A stretch of 63,286 nucleotides of DNA, the filler included, from Choristocarpus tenellus KU-1152 (taxonomy: Eukaryota; Protista; Phaeophyceae): assembly GCA_964200185.2 (NCBI GenBank). It is 14 parts of 14 records of this genome, joined end to end, with 100 filler letters (N's around TTAATTAATTAA, not from the genome) between each part and the next. Parts side by side here need not be neighbours in the genome. Positions count along the whole stretch, not along the records: positions 48,656 to 52,909 come from CAXNAD020015464.1; positions 53,010 to 57,214 come from CAXNAD020015712.1; positions 57,315 to 60,306 come from CAXNAD020023084.1; positions 60,407 to 63,286 come from CAXNAD020023967.1; 10 more parts are not named here. The stretch is one strand, 5' to 3'. How positions within the stretch are numbered: position 1 is the first letter of the stretch; every line of letters starts with the position of its first letter. The translations under genes were made by a program, and so were the position numbers. The notes below the pieces were generated by a model. It did no database searches, was not told the origin of the DNA, and saw only the letters and a program-made list of their open reading frames with translations. Below are positions 50,357 through 62,170 of the stretch, in pieces.

Positions 50357-51964
50357 CTTCCTCGATAAAAGAAAAACCAACCAACCAACCAACCAACCAA
50401 ACAAATAAAAACGCAAACGAAAGCAACAATCACATGTTGAAAAAAAAAAAATTGTAAATTCGATTATCCACTTCAAGGCCTATCTATCTATCTATCTATA
50501 GAATCTTCTCTTTTTTTTTTAATAGGGGTTCTTCTCGGTTTCATCGCTGGATACGATTGGTCAAGGCAATAATCACGGTTTGCTCCTGCACCAATCAATG
50601 ACAGGCGCCCACTTCCAATAATAAAAAAATATATGAATCACCTTTGCACAGTCCTTCTTCATGTCCACAACTACACAAAAAATACAAGAAAGGTCATAAC
50701 TCAGCCTTATAAATTTGATGCCACATACCACAGAAGAATAACCCTGACAAAATATACTAATAATCTCTCTCTCTCTATATATATATATATATGTATATAG
50801 TTCCTCTCTTCAGCATTGACTCAATTGTTCTGCCGGAAAGATTCAATTCCGAAAATATATATATATTAGAAAAAAATAATATAAACCCTTTGCGTGGTGG
50901 GGATCAGTTCTTGTAGTGATAGGGAGGCCTATGCACGTGAGAAATATTTTTGAATTATGAGTTTGGATTTTGAAGTCCCATCTCAAAAGAACGCGAAAAA
51001 TATTGAAAAAAATAAATAATCTGAAACTGATATTTGCGTCAAAAGTATGACGAGTCTGTTTGAGAACTGATGTTGAAGAGGGCAAAGAGATAAATCAGCA
51101 ATGCATAATAATAATAATAATAATAATATTAATAAAACAAAAAGAGAGCACCTCAAACCCCATACACTAACAAAAAAAAGGAGATTGGGCTCAAAAGGAA
51201 TTATATATGTACATTTAAAAAAGAAATGAATCGACATCAACGAAGAGTTAAATCAAAAAAAGAAACTTGATGTAAGTGTAAATTCAATTCACACGCTTGT
51301 TCAAACCGACATACATACCAGGGCAGAAAAAAAATAGAGGCGATGGAGTCAGCGGACCAGCTTATATGTACTACACTACTAAACAAACCAAAGGCGTTAC
51401 AGAAGTAAAAAAAAAACTCAAAAACTGTATATAATATATATATATATACATTGGCAGTGTACCTTATAATGCCATACCAATTGACCGATCTGCCAACATC
51501 TATCTGATTGGGCGCGGGAACACATGCGATTGCATAAGGTACAGCGAAAATGAGACGTATGCAGGTACACCTATATACGACAAAATATTACTACGTACCA
51601 AGGAGGTTATCTATCAGGAACAAATGACAAAAAAAAATACAGTTTCTTCAAAGCGTGTTAAGTACGCCACATGACATCATCTACAAAAACCACCACTATT
51701 ACCACCAGAGAGATGTCATGCACCTAAGAGAGCAGAGTTGTTGATTTTCAAGAGGTCATATGAACCCCCCTTTGTGGCTCTTGAGCACTCTTGTGAAGGG
51801 ACCTACCGGGCATAGTCATCTCTTCTGCACATACCCTCATTTAAAAGCCAAGTTAAAAAAAAAATTATGGTATCCCTTCTACATTACCACCATATTGCCC
51901 CATTTTGAAAACAATATAGAGAAAAATACTGACAACAATAAGTTGGTCTCAAAGTTCAAAACCA

Positions 51965-52150
51965 GACCCAAAGTATCTGGGGGGGGGGGTTCTACACCAG
52001 GGTGTCCATTTGGGCCATAACCAGGAAAAGTGTACTTACAATACCCATCCGACGTATGCAGGCGAATCACCCAAAAATCGCAACATGAAGAAATAGGCCC
52101 CAAATGGACAGTCACCCCCCCACCCCCCCCCTCCCCAGATACTTTGAGTC
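51965..52150 (-). mobile_element. MITE family B (TSD ACCA)
   Basis: ACCA-GACCCAAAGTATCTGGGGG...CCCCAGATACTTTGAGTC-ACCA. Confidence 0.92.
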
Positions 52151-53543
52151 ACCAGATGATATTGAAGATGAAAAGGTGGGGGGGGAGCTTTAACCCTCAT
52201 CATACCTCCCATACTCTTTCATTCTTTTCCAATCAATACATACACATACGCATATGTATAGATAAATATAAATAAACTTGTTAAAAAAAAAAGCTTCTAC
52301 ATCTTAAAATTTGATTACAAAAAAATCAGAACAATAAAAAAATAAAGAAATAGTTATTTGCATTAACAAACCACCAGCACAAAAAAAATATGTACACAAA
52401 ATAAAAAAATAGATCGCTACCCACAAAAAAAATACTTGAAAAAAATAAATACTAGTGCACACTCATATCAAATCGAATCGGATTTGAGTTGGTGGCAACG
52501 AGAAACAAAAAAAGAGTCGAGCGCTGTCGGGGGAAGTACATTAAAAAAATTTATTATCAAAAAGCATAAAAAAAAACACAAGAAAAAAAAAATAAATATA
52601 TATATATATATATTCTGATCAGATCGATCGACAGATTTACAATGGAAAAAAAGTTTTTGTTTTCTTAATTTAAATTACCATCTTGAATAATTTGAGCAGT
52701 AAAGTGTTCAAAAAAAAAAAGTAAGCGTGCCATCGACACGTAATGGATTGAATCCATTTTGAATCTTTACCCTTCGCTGGACGATCGCATCCCGATTATC
52801 AACCCAATCGGAACAATCCAACTGGGAACTGATGCCAAGCAACAGTACGGTACGTACCTTCAACCATACCAATGGTTGCAGTAGGCAGGGGGACAGGAGG
52901 TGGTAGGGGNNNNNNNNNNNNNNNNNNNNNNNNNNNNNNNNNNNNNNNNNNNNTTAATTAATTAANNNNNNNNNNNNNNNNNNNNNNNNNNNNNNNNNNN
53001 NNNNNNNNNAGGGTTGGTTTGGCCGAAACGGACGCCCCTCCAAAAACCCCCCCCCCCCCCCCAAGATACTTTGACCCAGTGTATGTTGTGTTTTCACCTG
53101 TGATACGAATAGGAATATCGAACATGATTCCAACTGTCTTCCCTCCTTTTTGTGCACTGCACCTATATAATCTGTTAAGACCTCAACGGCGGCTAGTGTA
53201 GGTTGATTTGTTTTACTGAACTATTTAGTTACAAAAGTTCACGTGTTTTTTATTATGTTGCCTCTTGATCAATTTGACCTTGCACGGATTAATCCAGAGT
53301 GCAGACCCTAATACTGAGGATGCACCTCTGTGGTGTGGGTGGTGTCAACAGCTTTCCATGAGATCAGTGTGCTCTCTTATGTACATCATATAAGGGTAGT
53401 GCAGTGCAGCAGTTGTTTTCGTGGGACAAGCAAAGTGTTTGACAAATCCCAAGGAAAGTTGCTAGATGACTATCGAGCAATAAGGACGTCATCATTTTCA
53501 TTTTTCTCTTATCAATCACTGTTGTGGGAAGGGATGTTTTTAA

Positions 53544-53709
53544 GGCCCAAAGTATCTGGGGGGGGTGGCGACTGTCCAGTTTTTTTCATGTCGCGATTTT
53601 TGGTGATTTAGTTCCATACGTCGGATGGATAATGTAGATGTACTTTTCCTGATTGGGCCCAAATGGACACCCTGGTGTAGACCCCCGCCCCCCCCAGATA
53701 CTTTGGGTC
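53544..53709 (+). mobile_element. MITE family B (TSD TTAA)
   Basis: TTAA-GGCCCAAAGTATCTGGGGG...CCCCAGATACTTTGGGTC-TTAA. Confidence 0.92.
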
Positions 53710-53711
53710 TT

Positions 53712-53895
53712 AAGTCAAACCAATTGAGAGGTAGGTAAATATGAACCTATTTGCATTCTAAGTCATTATTCTCACCCTGTGCAATACACTCTATTTCATT
53801 GCTTATTTGCACAACACTGTACACAAAATTAATATTCCCCTTTCCACAGGCAAAGTGAATCCATATTTCAGCAACACCTGGCCCATTCATCCCCC
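53712..53895 (+). mobile_element. MITE family E, partial
   Basis: AAGTCAAACCAATTGAGAGG...CACAAAATTAATATTCCCCTTTCCAC matches 61240-61380 and the reverse complement of 61060-61208. Confidence 0.75.
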
Positions 53896-54437
53896 AGCAA
53901 TGGTGTTGAGGTTGCGGGAGCCCCACTATGAGGGATATTTTGAACCTCGTATTTTAACTTCACTCCTTCTCAATATAACGTTTTGGCAACCTCAGTACAT
54001 AAGCAGAGAGTTTCCTGGATTGGTTGGAAACCTATGTGGTAGGGGGGAGCACTCAGAAAGGAACTCTCTAGACCCACTTGAGAAGAATAGTCTCCACACA
54101 TACACAGGTTGCTATTCCAGGAGAAGGGTGGTGCGTTTCAAGCTGGAGACACCTGGCCTTGGGGACACAGGGGGATTTCAGACTCTTGGGATTCTTCCCT
54201 CGTTCCCTACCCACCTTCGACGGGCTAGGCCGGAGTAATGGTGATACGAACATTGGTTCATAGGGAACAGCCTCAAAAAGAACGTTGTATATTTTCTTTT
54301 TTTCTTAGACTGAAGTTGTTTGAAAGTGACACTTTCAAATATAGTTATTTTGTATACATAACCTAGATTTTGGTCTTTTCCCTCCCCTAACACATCTGCA
54401 AAATTTCAGAGGCTATATACTACTTCGGGCTCAAAGT

Positions 54438-54615
54438 GGATCAAAGTATCTGGGGGGGGTGGCGGCTGTCCATTTGGGGTCAATTTTTCATGTCGCAATT
54501 TTTGTGCGATTTGGTTACATACATCAGATGGATAATGTAGGTGCACTTTTCCTGGTTTTGCCCCAAATGGACACCCTGGTGTAGACCGCCCCCGCCCCCC
54601 CAGATACTTTGGGTC
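54438..54615 (+). mobile_element. MITE family B
   Basis: GGATCAAAGTATCTGGGGG...CCCCAGATACTTTGGGTC; TSD not preserved. Confidence 0.9.
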
Positions 54616-55099
54616 CGATTTCAATTATTGGTTGTGCCACAATGACATTAAAAATATTTTCCCCATGCCAAATTTATGTTTCAGGTGTGCTTACATTGGG
54701 AAGGCAGAAGGCGGGACAATACCAGTATGAGGGTGGGTTGAAGAGCTTACGGATGTTCCAGGAAGAAGGTCCCTCACTCCAAGTGAAATATGTATCGTAA
54801 GTAGTTCGGGACGATATATCATAGGGGAGGTACGCTTTTGAACGGCGATCACTCTATTAAAACAAGATCACTTGTGTAGGTTCAAAAAACGAAAACACGG
54901 TGTGTGTGAGCGTGCGTGTATGTGTGTGTATTTATATGTTTGCATGGAACTCATGGCAATAGTACTGGCAATGTGGTATTCCGTTAGGGTGCAGGTCATG
55001 GAAGCAAAATGATGTGATTATAGTTGGACGTGTATGTAGATAAGGAATAGTGCTTATCTCAAACACAACACTCGTAAGAAGGGTGTTTGGTGGTGTGGC

Positions 55100-56460
55100 A
55101 CACGAGGTTGATGGGGGGGGCATAGATACTACCCATGTACGTAAGACGTGATGTGTTGAAGCGCATGTGTCCACTGACACAGATGACGTGCAAAACCTTT
55201 TCGTTAAGATAGAAAAAACTGGCTGTAGTCCCCCTGAACCATGCTTTTATTATGTGGTCGACCAGAAGAGTAGTATTCCAATATTTCGAGTTTTAAAAAA
55301 AGGAAATCTCTATGGACAAATGGTTCACAACAAAGGAAACGTCAACTTTGATTATTTAGTGGAAGAAATAGCAGCCACATGGGTCCTATGTACTTTGAAG
55401 CGATACCCCTCTCAAGCAGATGGAATATGTATGTGCTAGTAGGAATAGGAGGCATATTCCAATAATGAAAAGCGTATCTATTCGGACCAAATATGCGACA
55501 ACACACATGTCGGAAAGCACAAGACAATATTTTCCTATTCGAGAGTTATCGACACCCAAGGAGCCACAATTTTGTCGGTCACGACATCCGCATTTCTTCA
55601 ATATTGATTTTTTATAATCGTGGGGAAATGCACACGGATGCACACAGAGGAGCGTACACGTTAAATAGTAAGGGTTTCCGAAGTAGGTTAGACTGACTGT
55701 TACCAAAAAGGATTATGTGAGTTTTTCACAACTGGATGCCCTGTGGAACAGCGGTATGTTCACATTGGACACAGAGAGCTGACAAAATCTCATTGAGTTC
55801 AACACAAAGTTCTGAAACATGCCTGCAAGATGATCGTGATCATCCATAGTGCCTGACACAGTTTGGAGGCACACGCGTGTAATAAAACCACTGTCAAAAA
55901 CTACTCATGAGACAGGTAGGGTGTTGAGTGTGTCTGTGCAATTAATTGTCGATGGAAGGGATTGCGAAAGGTGTGTGGTGTGTGATCATGTGCCAAGATG
56001 TGTACTCTGCAGTAGGAATGTTACACCCACGACACAAGTACATGTAATTGTGGGGATATGTAAGAACAACGAATATGTCCTTGGAGAAAAAGAATCGTAG
56101 AAATGAACGTATGGTATAGTATTAATAGCAGGAGAACGTGGCATTCATATAGCAAGGATGATAGGTTAGGGTACACAAATATGAAGCCACCATTACTGCA
56201 TTATTGTGTACCAATACTTCGAGTATTTATTTACGTACATATAGTATGGACAGATATATATCACCAACATGTTTTGTGCCCTGTTCATATGCTAACGAAC
56301 CATGCAGAACAGGCTAGGGGAGATCTCAACAAACCGTATTGTCTGACCATCATGTGTTACTTGCGCAGTAAGTATGCTCACGTAGTGCCGAGATTATCCT
56401 AAAATTCTAAAATGGGACATGTCTACTTGTCGTTTGGGATGGACCACACCCACTTTGAGG
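55100..56460 (+). mobile_element. Possible decayed Helitron Rep remnant
   Basis: Intronless broken ORFs. VLCPVHMLTNHAEQARGDLN resembles the Rep motif-2 context (GxFGxVxxxxxxxExQxRGxLH); SRHPHFF and RLTVTKKD lie upstream in plausible order. Confidence 0.35.
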
Positions 56461-56491
56461 TTTGTCAATGATTATGCTATATTGATTTTAT

Positions 56492-56729
56492 GAGTGAAAG
56501 TATCTTAGAGGGTACGATTTTTGCCCTGTTTGTCCATTTGGGGCTTGACTTCCCCTGGTGTTTTCATGATATTTCGGAGTAGGTAAAATGTGTATGTTAT
56601 GAAAGGTGTGTCCAGAACATGGATATTGACACTTCCTAACAAACACAACAGTTAAAATTATGTCAAAAACGCAATATCAGATTTGATCCCCAAATGGACA
56701 CGGCTCTACCCTCTAAGATACTTTGGCTC
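56492..56729 (-). mobile_element. MITE family A (TSD TTAT), one hairpin arm deleted
   Basis: TTAT-GAGTGAAAGTATCTTAGAGGGTA...TACCCTCTAAGATACTTTGGCTC-TTAT. Confidence 0.92.
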
Positions 56730-57314
56730 TTATTTTTAACAGGGTATTTGAGTGTACAACACCTGCCAAGTTGTAGTAGTGTAATATCCTTTGTGGCTTA
56801 CTTTCATTGTCACGCCACAAGTTGCGGGTGTACTAGCACACATGAACTAATCCTTAGATCCTATCTTGGGTTTTACTTGGTCCTCCTGTCTCTTTTTGGT
56901 TGTTCTGCTTCTTGTGTATACACGTGAACCTTACCATTGCAATTGGGTACTTGCCTTCATGAATTTGCGATGCGCCATGCAGGTAGCAGGCATAGAGAGG
57001 AAAACAATATGGGATACTGGAATTTGTGGTTCGTCTGAGGTTCATACTTTTTGTACACATTGGCACACCTCATTCCTTCAACTTTCGAAAATGTTCAAAC
57101 TGTTAGACATGATTAAGCAATATTTTGAAAAGGGCACAGCTTTTAACCATGTCCGGATGTGCGCATGCCTTACATATAAGATGCGCACACTAAAGGGTCA
57201 AAGTATCTGGGGGGNNNNNNNNNNNNNNNNNNNNNNNNNNNNNNNNNNNNNNNNNNNNTTAATTAATTAANNNNNNNNNNNNNNNNNNNNNNNNNNNNNN
57301 NNNNNNNNNNNNNN

Positions 57315-57406
57315 CCGACGTATGCAACCAAATCACCCAAATATCGCGACATGAAAAAATTGACCCGAAATGGACAGCCGCCACCCCCCCTCAGATACTT
57401 TGGACC
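57315..57406 (-). mobile_element. MITE family B, contig-edge half; further B copies at 59507-59670 and 60115-60280
   Basis: Matches the B consensus (CGCGACATGAAAAAATTGACCC..AAATGGACAGCCGCC..CAGATACTTTG). Confidence 0.88.
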
Positions 57407-57845
57407 AATAGGTTATGCTTTTCTTTTCACTATCCACAATTTTTGATATTAACAAGTACTACAGGGTATATGCCTCTGTAATTAGTAGAACTGTGGTCGT
57501 GAGTACAAGCCATGAAAAGGTCTTGCTGAAAAGGAGAATGAAACAAGCAAGATATATTTCGAGGCTGATCCCAGTCAAGAAAGAGGAGTGTAGGGCTTTA
57601 CCAGGGCGCAGACGTCCCCCAACATTACCTTGGCCACCATTCTTTCCCTTGTACCCCAGCCTAAATCCAAGTTCTACTGTCTTCTTTAACACTGACCATA
57701 ATCCTGGAGAAAATAAATGATGGGAGCTCTAACACCAACAACTATCAGTGGAATGTTCACAAACTCCATTTCTACCTTGTTTAACTCTACAAATGATTGT
57801 GAAACACTTTCTTTTTCTCTCAGTCACCTCAACCATCACCCTGGT

Positions 57846-60054
57846 CCTAACTTCATCTCGAGTTGTTTAACACACCCAGCAAAGTCACCGAGCAAGTGTT
57901 TGTTAACCTCTTTGCAAGCCATTGCATGTGTGTCTTCAGGATCCGTCTCCTCCAGCTGCCTGGTGAAGAAGTCCATGTCTAGCATAGCAAGCATCGACTT
58001 TTGTCGGGTTACAACCCTTATTTGAGTAGAGGCCTGTTTGTGAATAGGGGAAGAGTGCCTATCAGTGTCTAACTCATAACTATGTGATGTGAGTTAATAC
58101 AGACAGAACAGACACAAATTGTTACTGTCAGAATATTTTCAACTTCTCTTGTCCTAAATCACAATATGTTAATGTCAGATCCTTAATACCCTAATTGAAG
58201 AATTGAGGTGTATTGGGTGAGCGGTAACTAGAATCATGAAAATGTGACAAGAATTGGATTGTAACAGGACTACTGCTGAGAGGAGGGGCACTATTCCACA
58301 AATAGAGACATTTGAAATTTGGAATGTGGAGAATTTATCATGGAATGTTCTGTTCATCCTTCAAAATGAAGGTAGTATAGGCAGCCCATGTCCCTTCTTC
58401 AAATCATGCACTGCAACATACATGTGTAGTTTGTTTACCATGATAGCAGTGGACAGATTTTGGAGTAGAGCAAACCTGAACCCTCTTTGCCATCATATAC
58501 ACACTGTTCAATTGATCTAGACATATGCACGAGATTTTTCCTAACCTTTTCCCATGTTCATCTTCAACCCCTGACACATATAACAGTAACAATCCAACCT
58601 TATATTGCCCCCCTATAATTCATGTCTTGCCCTTACACACTCTTTGTTGAAGTTCTCTCCTACTTGAGCCAAAGCAACTAGAGATGCCCAGGTTTTTGGC
58701 CGATTTGCACTATAGGCCGGTTTTTTATTTTTTCGAAATTCACACATATCTCTATGGATTAAATTCCAAGTTTGACTCGAGGGTGTTGATTTCGGTATTG
58801 TTTGAAAAATTTGGACAAAATTTCGAAAATATCCTGCAGTCATTCTTTAAAAAAGCCTAAGTTCGCACTTTTTTCTCAGCGTCCTTAAAATGCAACTCTG
58901 GGTACCTCTCGTTTACCTAGACTCACTTGCAACCTTCTCGAAACTTTTCTTATCATGGATGGGGTTGTACCACCTACCTTCTCCGTATTAGGGAATTCTC
59001 CCAAGACTTGCCTCTCGATCACCAGAGCTACACAAGGGCCTAGTCTGCTGCTGCGCCAGTCCTCCATAGCTACCCCATTGTCAACATCCAGAGCCTTGAT
59101 GGAGGAATTCTCTGGGAAGTTCAATGTTTCATTAGCAAACCTTGTGAGGGTATGTGGTGGGGCAGTAGTCAGAGCTGGAGGAGACACTGGAGGTTGGGGG
59201 GCTCAATACGAAACGTATTTCTGAACAGTGTTTCTGATCAAAATTTACTTTACTCATGTGCAAAACTACTGCTGGATGGACTCATTTCTTCCAAACACAC
59301 CAGCACACCTTGTAACTTAGTGTGCAGGTATCTCTACATTCTACTTCCCAATGATGATACTGTCTGCTGCTGCTCACTATGCATATGAGGTAGGGAGCAT
59401 TGTGTTATTGAGACAAAAAAATTGTAATGCCAAATTCTCCTCTTGTAGTGGTCATAGAGCACGCAGGAAGAACTGAATCACAGCAGGTGGAGCACTTGAG
59501 ATGAGAGGTTCAAAGTATCTGCGGGGGGTGGTGGCGGCTGTCCATTTCGGGACAATTTTTTCATGTCGCGGTTTTTTGGTGATTTGATTGCATACATCGG
59601 ATGAATAATGAAAGTGCATCTTTCCTGGATGTGATCCAGATGGACACCCTGGTGTAGACCAAAACCCCCCGAAGCACGCACCGCNNNNNNNNNNAGGGCC
59701 CCTTCTCTGTTTGTGCCCCACAGGGACCCCCGGTGGTGGACCCCCCCCCCCCCCCCCACCCCCAGATTGGGTCAGATGGAATCATGATGCCAATAAAATT
59801 GTTAATGATTGCTAAATTTTCTTGGCAATCAACATGTGCACCCAATGGTAACTGCTAATGGAACACATTCCATAATATTTACAAATATTTCACAAATTGC
59901 ACAGTAACTAGAACTTCCTTCTACCAACACTCCTCATACTGCACCTCAGAGCCCTGGGGACGAGGTGAACAGAGATGCTGCCACTAACCACAATGAGAGG
60001 GGTACTGTCTTTGCCCACCATGTCTCGACTCAGCTCATGGAAGGGCGGAAAGCT
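57846..60054 (-). CDS. Probable exons of an unidentified gene (about 60054-59945, 59186-58978, 58033-57846); joining unresolved
   Basis: GC-richer open segments flanked by polypyrimidine-AG and GT signals. Phases could not be reconciled by eye. Confidence 0.3.
58666..58924 (+). mobile_element. MITE family D (TSD ACTT)
   Basis: ACTT-GAGCCAAAGCAACTAGAGATGCCCAGG...CTGGGTACCTCTCGTTTACCTAGACTC-ACTT. Confidence 0.8.
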
Positions 60055-60938
60055 CTGACAGAAACAGCAGGGAGAGTGCCAGAGTTTAGCCAGGGTTAAC
60101 ACTTTCCGTTCAATGGCTTAAAGTATCTGAGGAGGGGGGGCAGCTGTCCATTTCGGGCCAATTTTTTCATGTCGCGATTTTTGGATGATTTGGTTGCATA
60201 CGTCCGATGGATAATGAAAATGCACTTTTCCTGATTCTGGTCCAAATGGACACCCTGGTGTAGATCCCGGCCCCCCCTCAAGAGCATTTTTTCTTTTTTT
60301 ACTTAANNNNNNNNNNNNNNNNNNNNNNNNNNNNNNNNNNNNNNNNNNNNTTAATTAATTAANNNNNNNNNNNNNNNNNNNNNNNNNNNNNNNNNNNNNN
60401 NNNNNNATTTTATGTACATATATGTATAGTTTTCATTGGTTTTCCCCTGACACATCTGCAAAATGTCAGAGGGCATAATAATATAAATATTATGTTCAGA
60501 CCAACACGAAACTGGACAGGTTCAAATACTACAAACCTACAACATAGTCGTAAGTATTTATCAGAGATATTATATAGACTAACCTACACACTAAATTGTG
60601 GTCATGTTAAGGTACTCGGTCTGCTCAGCATCTTAACAGTTTACACGACGGTTTTATATAACGCATCAGAAGTAGGCATTTATTGTGACTTAAGTGGAAT
60701 ACTCAAACTAACTCAGATTTCCCTGAGATTTTAGGGTAACAACCCTAACCCTTACCCTAACCCAAGATCACCACTAGAAAAAGGAGATCTAAACCATATT
60801 GTCTAATTATATACATAGATAGATAGCCTGTCCTACAACTATTCGAACTTTTATCGATCAGAGCAAGTGCAAAATACCAGGCGGTGTGAAGCTCCTGCTT
60901 CAACTCTGAGTAATTTATTCAACAAATAATGCGTTTAT

Positions 60939-61208
60939 GAGTCGAATCAACTGAGAGTTAGGCAGGGTTCCACTTTAAGGTTCCCGAGAAAGAAGGGGGG
61001 GGGATGACATTATGTACAATTAATTGCAGAAAAAGCCTTTGTTGAATCGTGCTGTCACTTTGTGGGTGGAAAGGGGGAATATTAATTTTGTGTACGATAT
61101 TGTGCACATATAGCAATGGAATAGAGAGAATTGCGCGAATAATAGAGAAAATATTACTAAGAACGCAAAATGGATCCAAACCTGCGTACGTCTCAATTGG
61201 TTTGACTC
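60939..61208 (-). mobile_element. MITE family E (TSD TTAT)
   Basis: TTAT-GAGTCGAATCAACTGAGAG...CGTCTCAATTGGTTTGACTC-TTAT. Confidence 0.85.
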
Positions 61209-61239
61209 TTATTCCAACATGCTGTATGTATATGGGATT

Positions 61240-61497
61240 GGGCCAAACCGATTGAGAGGAGGACAGATTTGGCCCCTTTTGCAATCTAGGCCATCTTTCT
61301 TACCCTGCGCAATACACTCCATTTCACTGTGTTATGTGCGCAATAGTGTATACAAAATTGATGTCCCCCCTTTCCACACTCGAAGTGGCAGCACAATCGA
61401 GATAAGGCCCTTTCAAGAATTGTACAAAATGTCCCCTTCTGCCGTTTCTCGGGGTCCTTAAAATGCAACCCTGCCTATCTCTCAGTTAGTTTGATTC
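61240..61497 (+). mobile_element. MITE family E, inverted relative to its neighbour
   Basis: GGGCCAAACCGATTGAGAGG...CTCTCAGTTAGTTTGATTC; colinear with the reverse complement of 60939-61208. Confidence 0.82.
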
Positions 61498-61519
61498 GTT
61501 GTCTGGGACATAGATAACT

Positions 61520-62170
61520 GGACCAGCTTGAATTATATTGCCGGATTGGTCTGGTTAATAAGTTGCTGCGGGCCATGCCCGTAGCAGTATGTTATGAGTG
61601 GTCGAGTCCATGATCATCAACTGTTTCGACGTGGCACGATACCAATATACAATACTCTACCACGGCCAGTTGTTGGCCACCAACTGTTCCATCGTCTCTG
61701 GGCAAGCCCTGCAACCATGGCCTGGTCCCCCTCACTCACACTGGAGATAAATAAAATGTCCAAGGCGGAAGTGTTCGAGGTTCTGTTGTATGGTTTTGAA
61801 ACGTGGAAACTCAGGATAGACAATTGAGCACAGTTTTACATCCAACACTGCAATTTCCTCCAATACTGCATGACGGGCTCTGTCAAACAGAAATGTATGT
61901 ATCACCCCTTGTCATGCAATGCAACTCTAGGGAGAAATGGGTGCGAGAGCATCAACGCAACTACACGCAGAAGGAGGCAGCTTGCTTGTCCAAGAACGTA
62001 CTTGTTGTTTTGGGGGACTGGAGAAGAACTGGCGGCGATGCCTCAAGGTATCTTGTAGTGTTTCAACAATCCGTCTAATAAATGGGAATTGCTTGTAGAA
62101 GTGTGAACCGATGGCACGGACAGGTGGTTGGATGGTGGTGCCAAAGAACGAAGGCTGACGCAGCCACACC
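61520..62170 (+). mobile_element. RTE-clade LINE, C-terminal RT remnant
   Basis: KAEVFEVLLYGFETW (LLYGxETW motif typical of RTE) followed by HPLSCNATLGRNGCESINATTRRRR. Confidence 0.8.

Noticed and set aside
55735-55770. LWNSGMF resembling mannose-1-phosphate guanylyltransferase
   Set aside because: Isolated short match in a stop-ridden frame with no other motifs of that enzyme.
58666-58924. MITEs acting as introner-type elements
   Set aside because: MITE termini do not coincide with any inferred splice sites; copies lie inside introns, intergenic DNA or other repeats.
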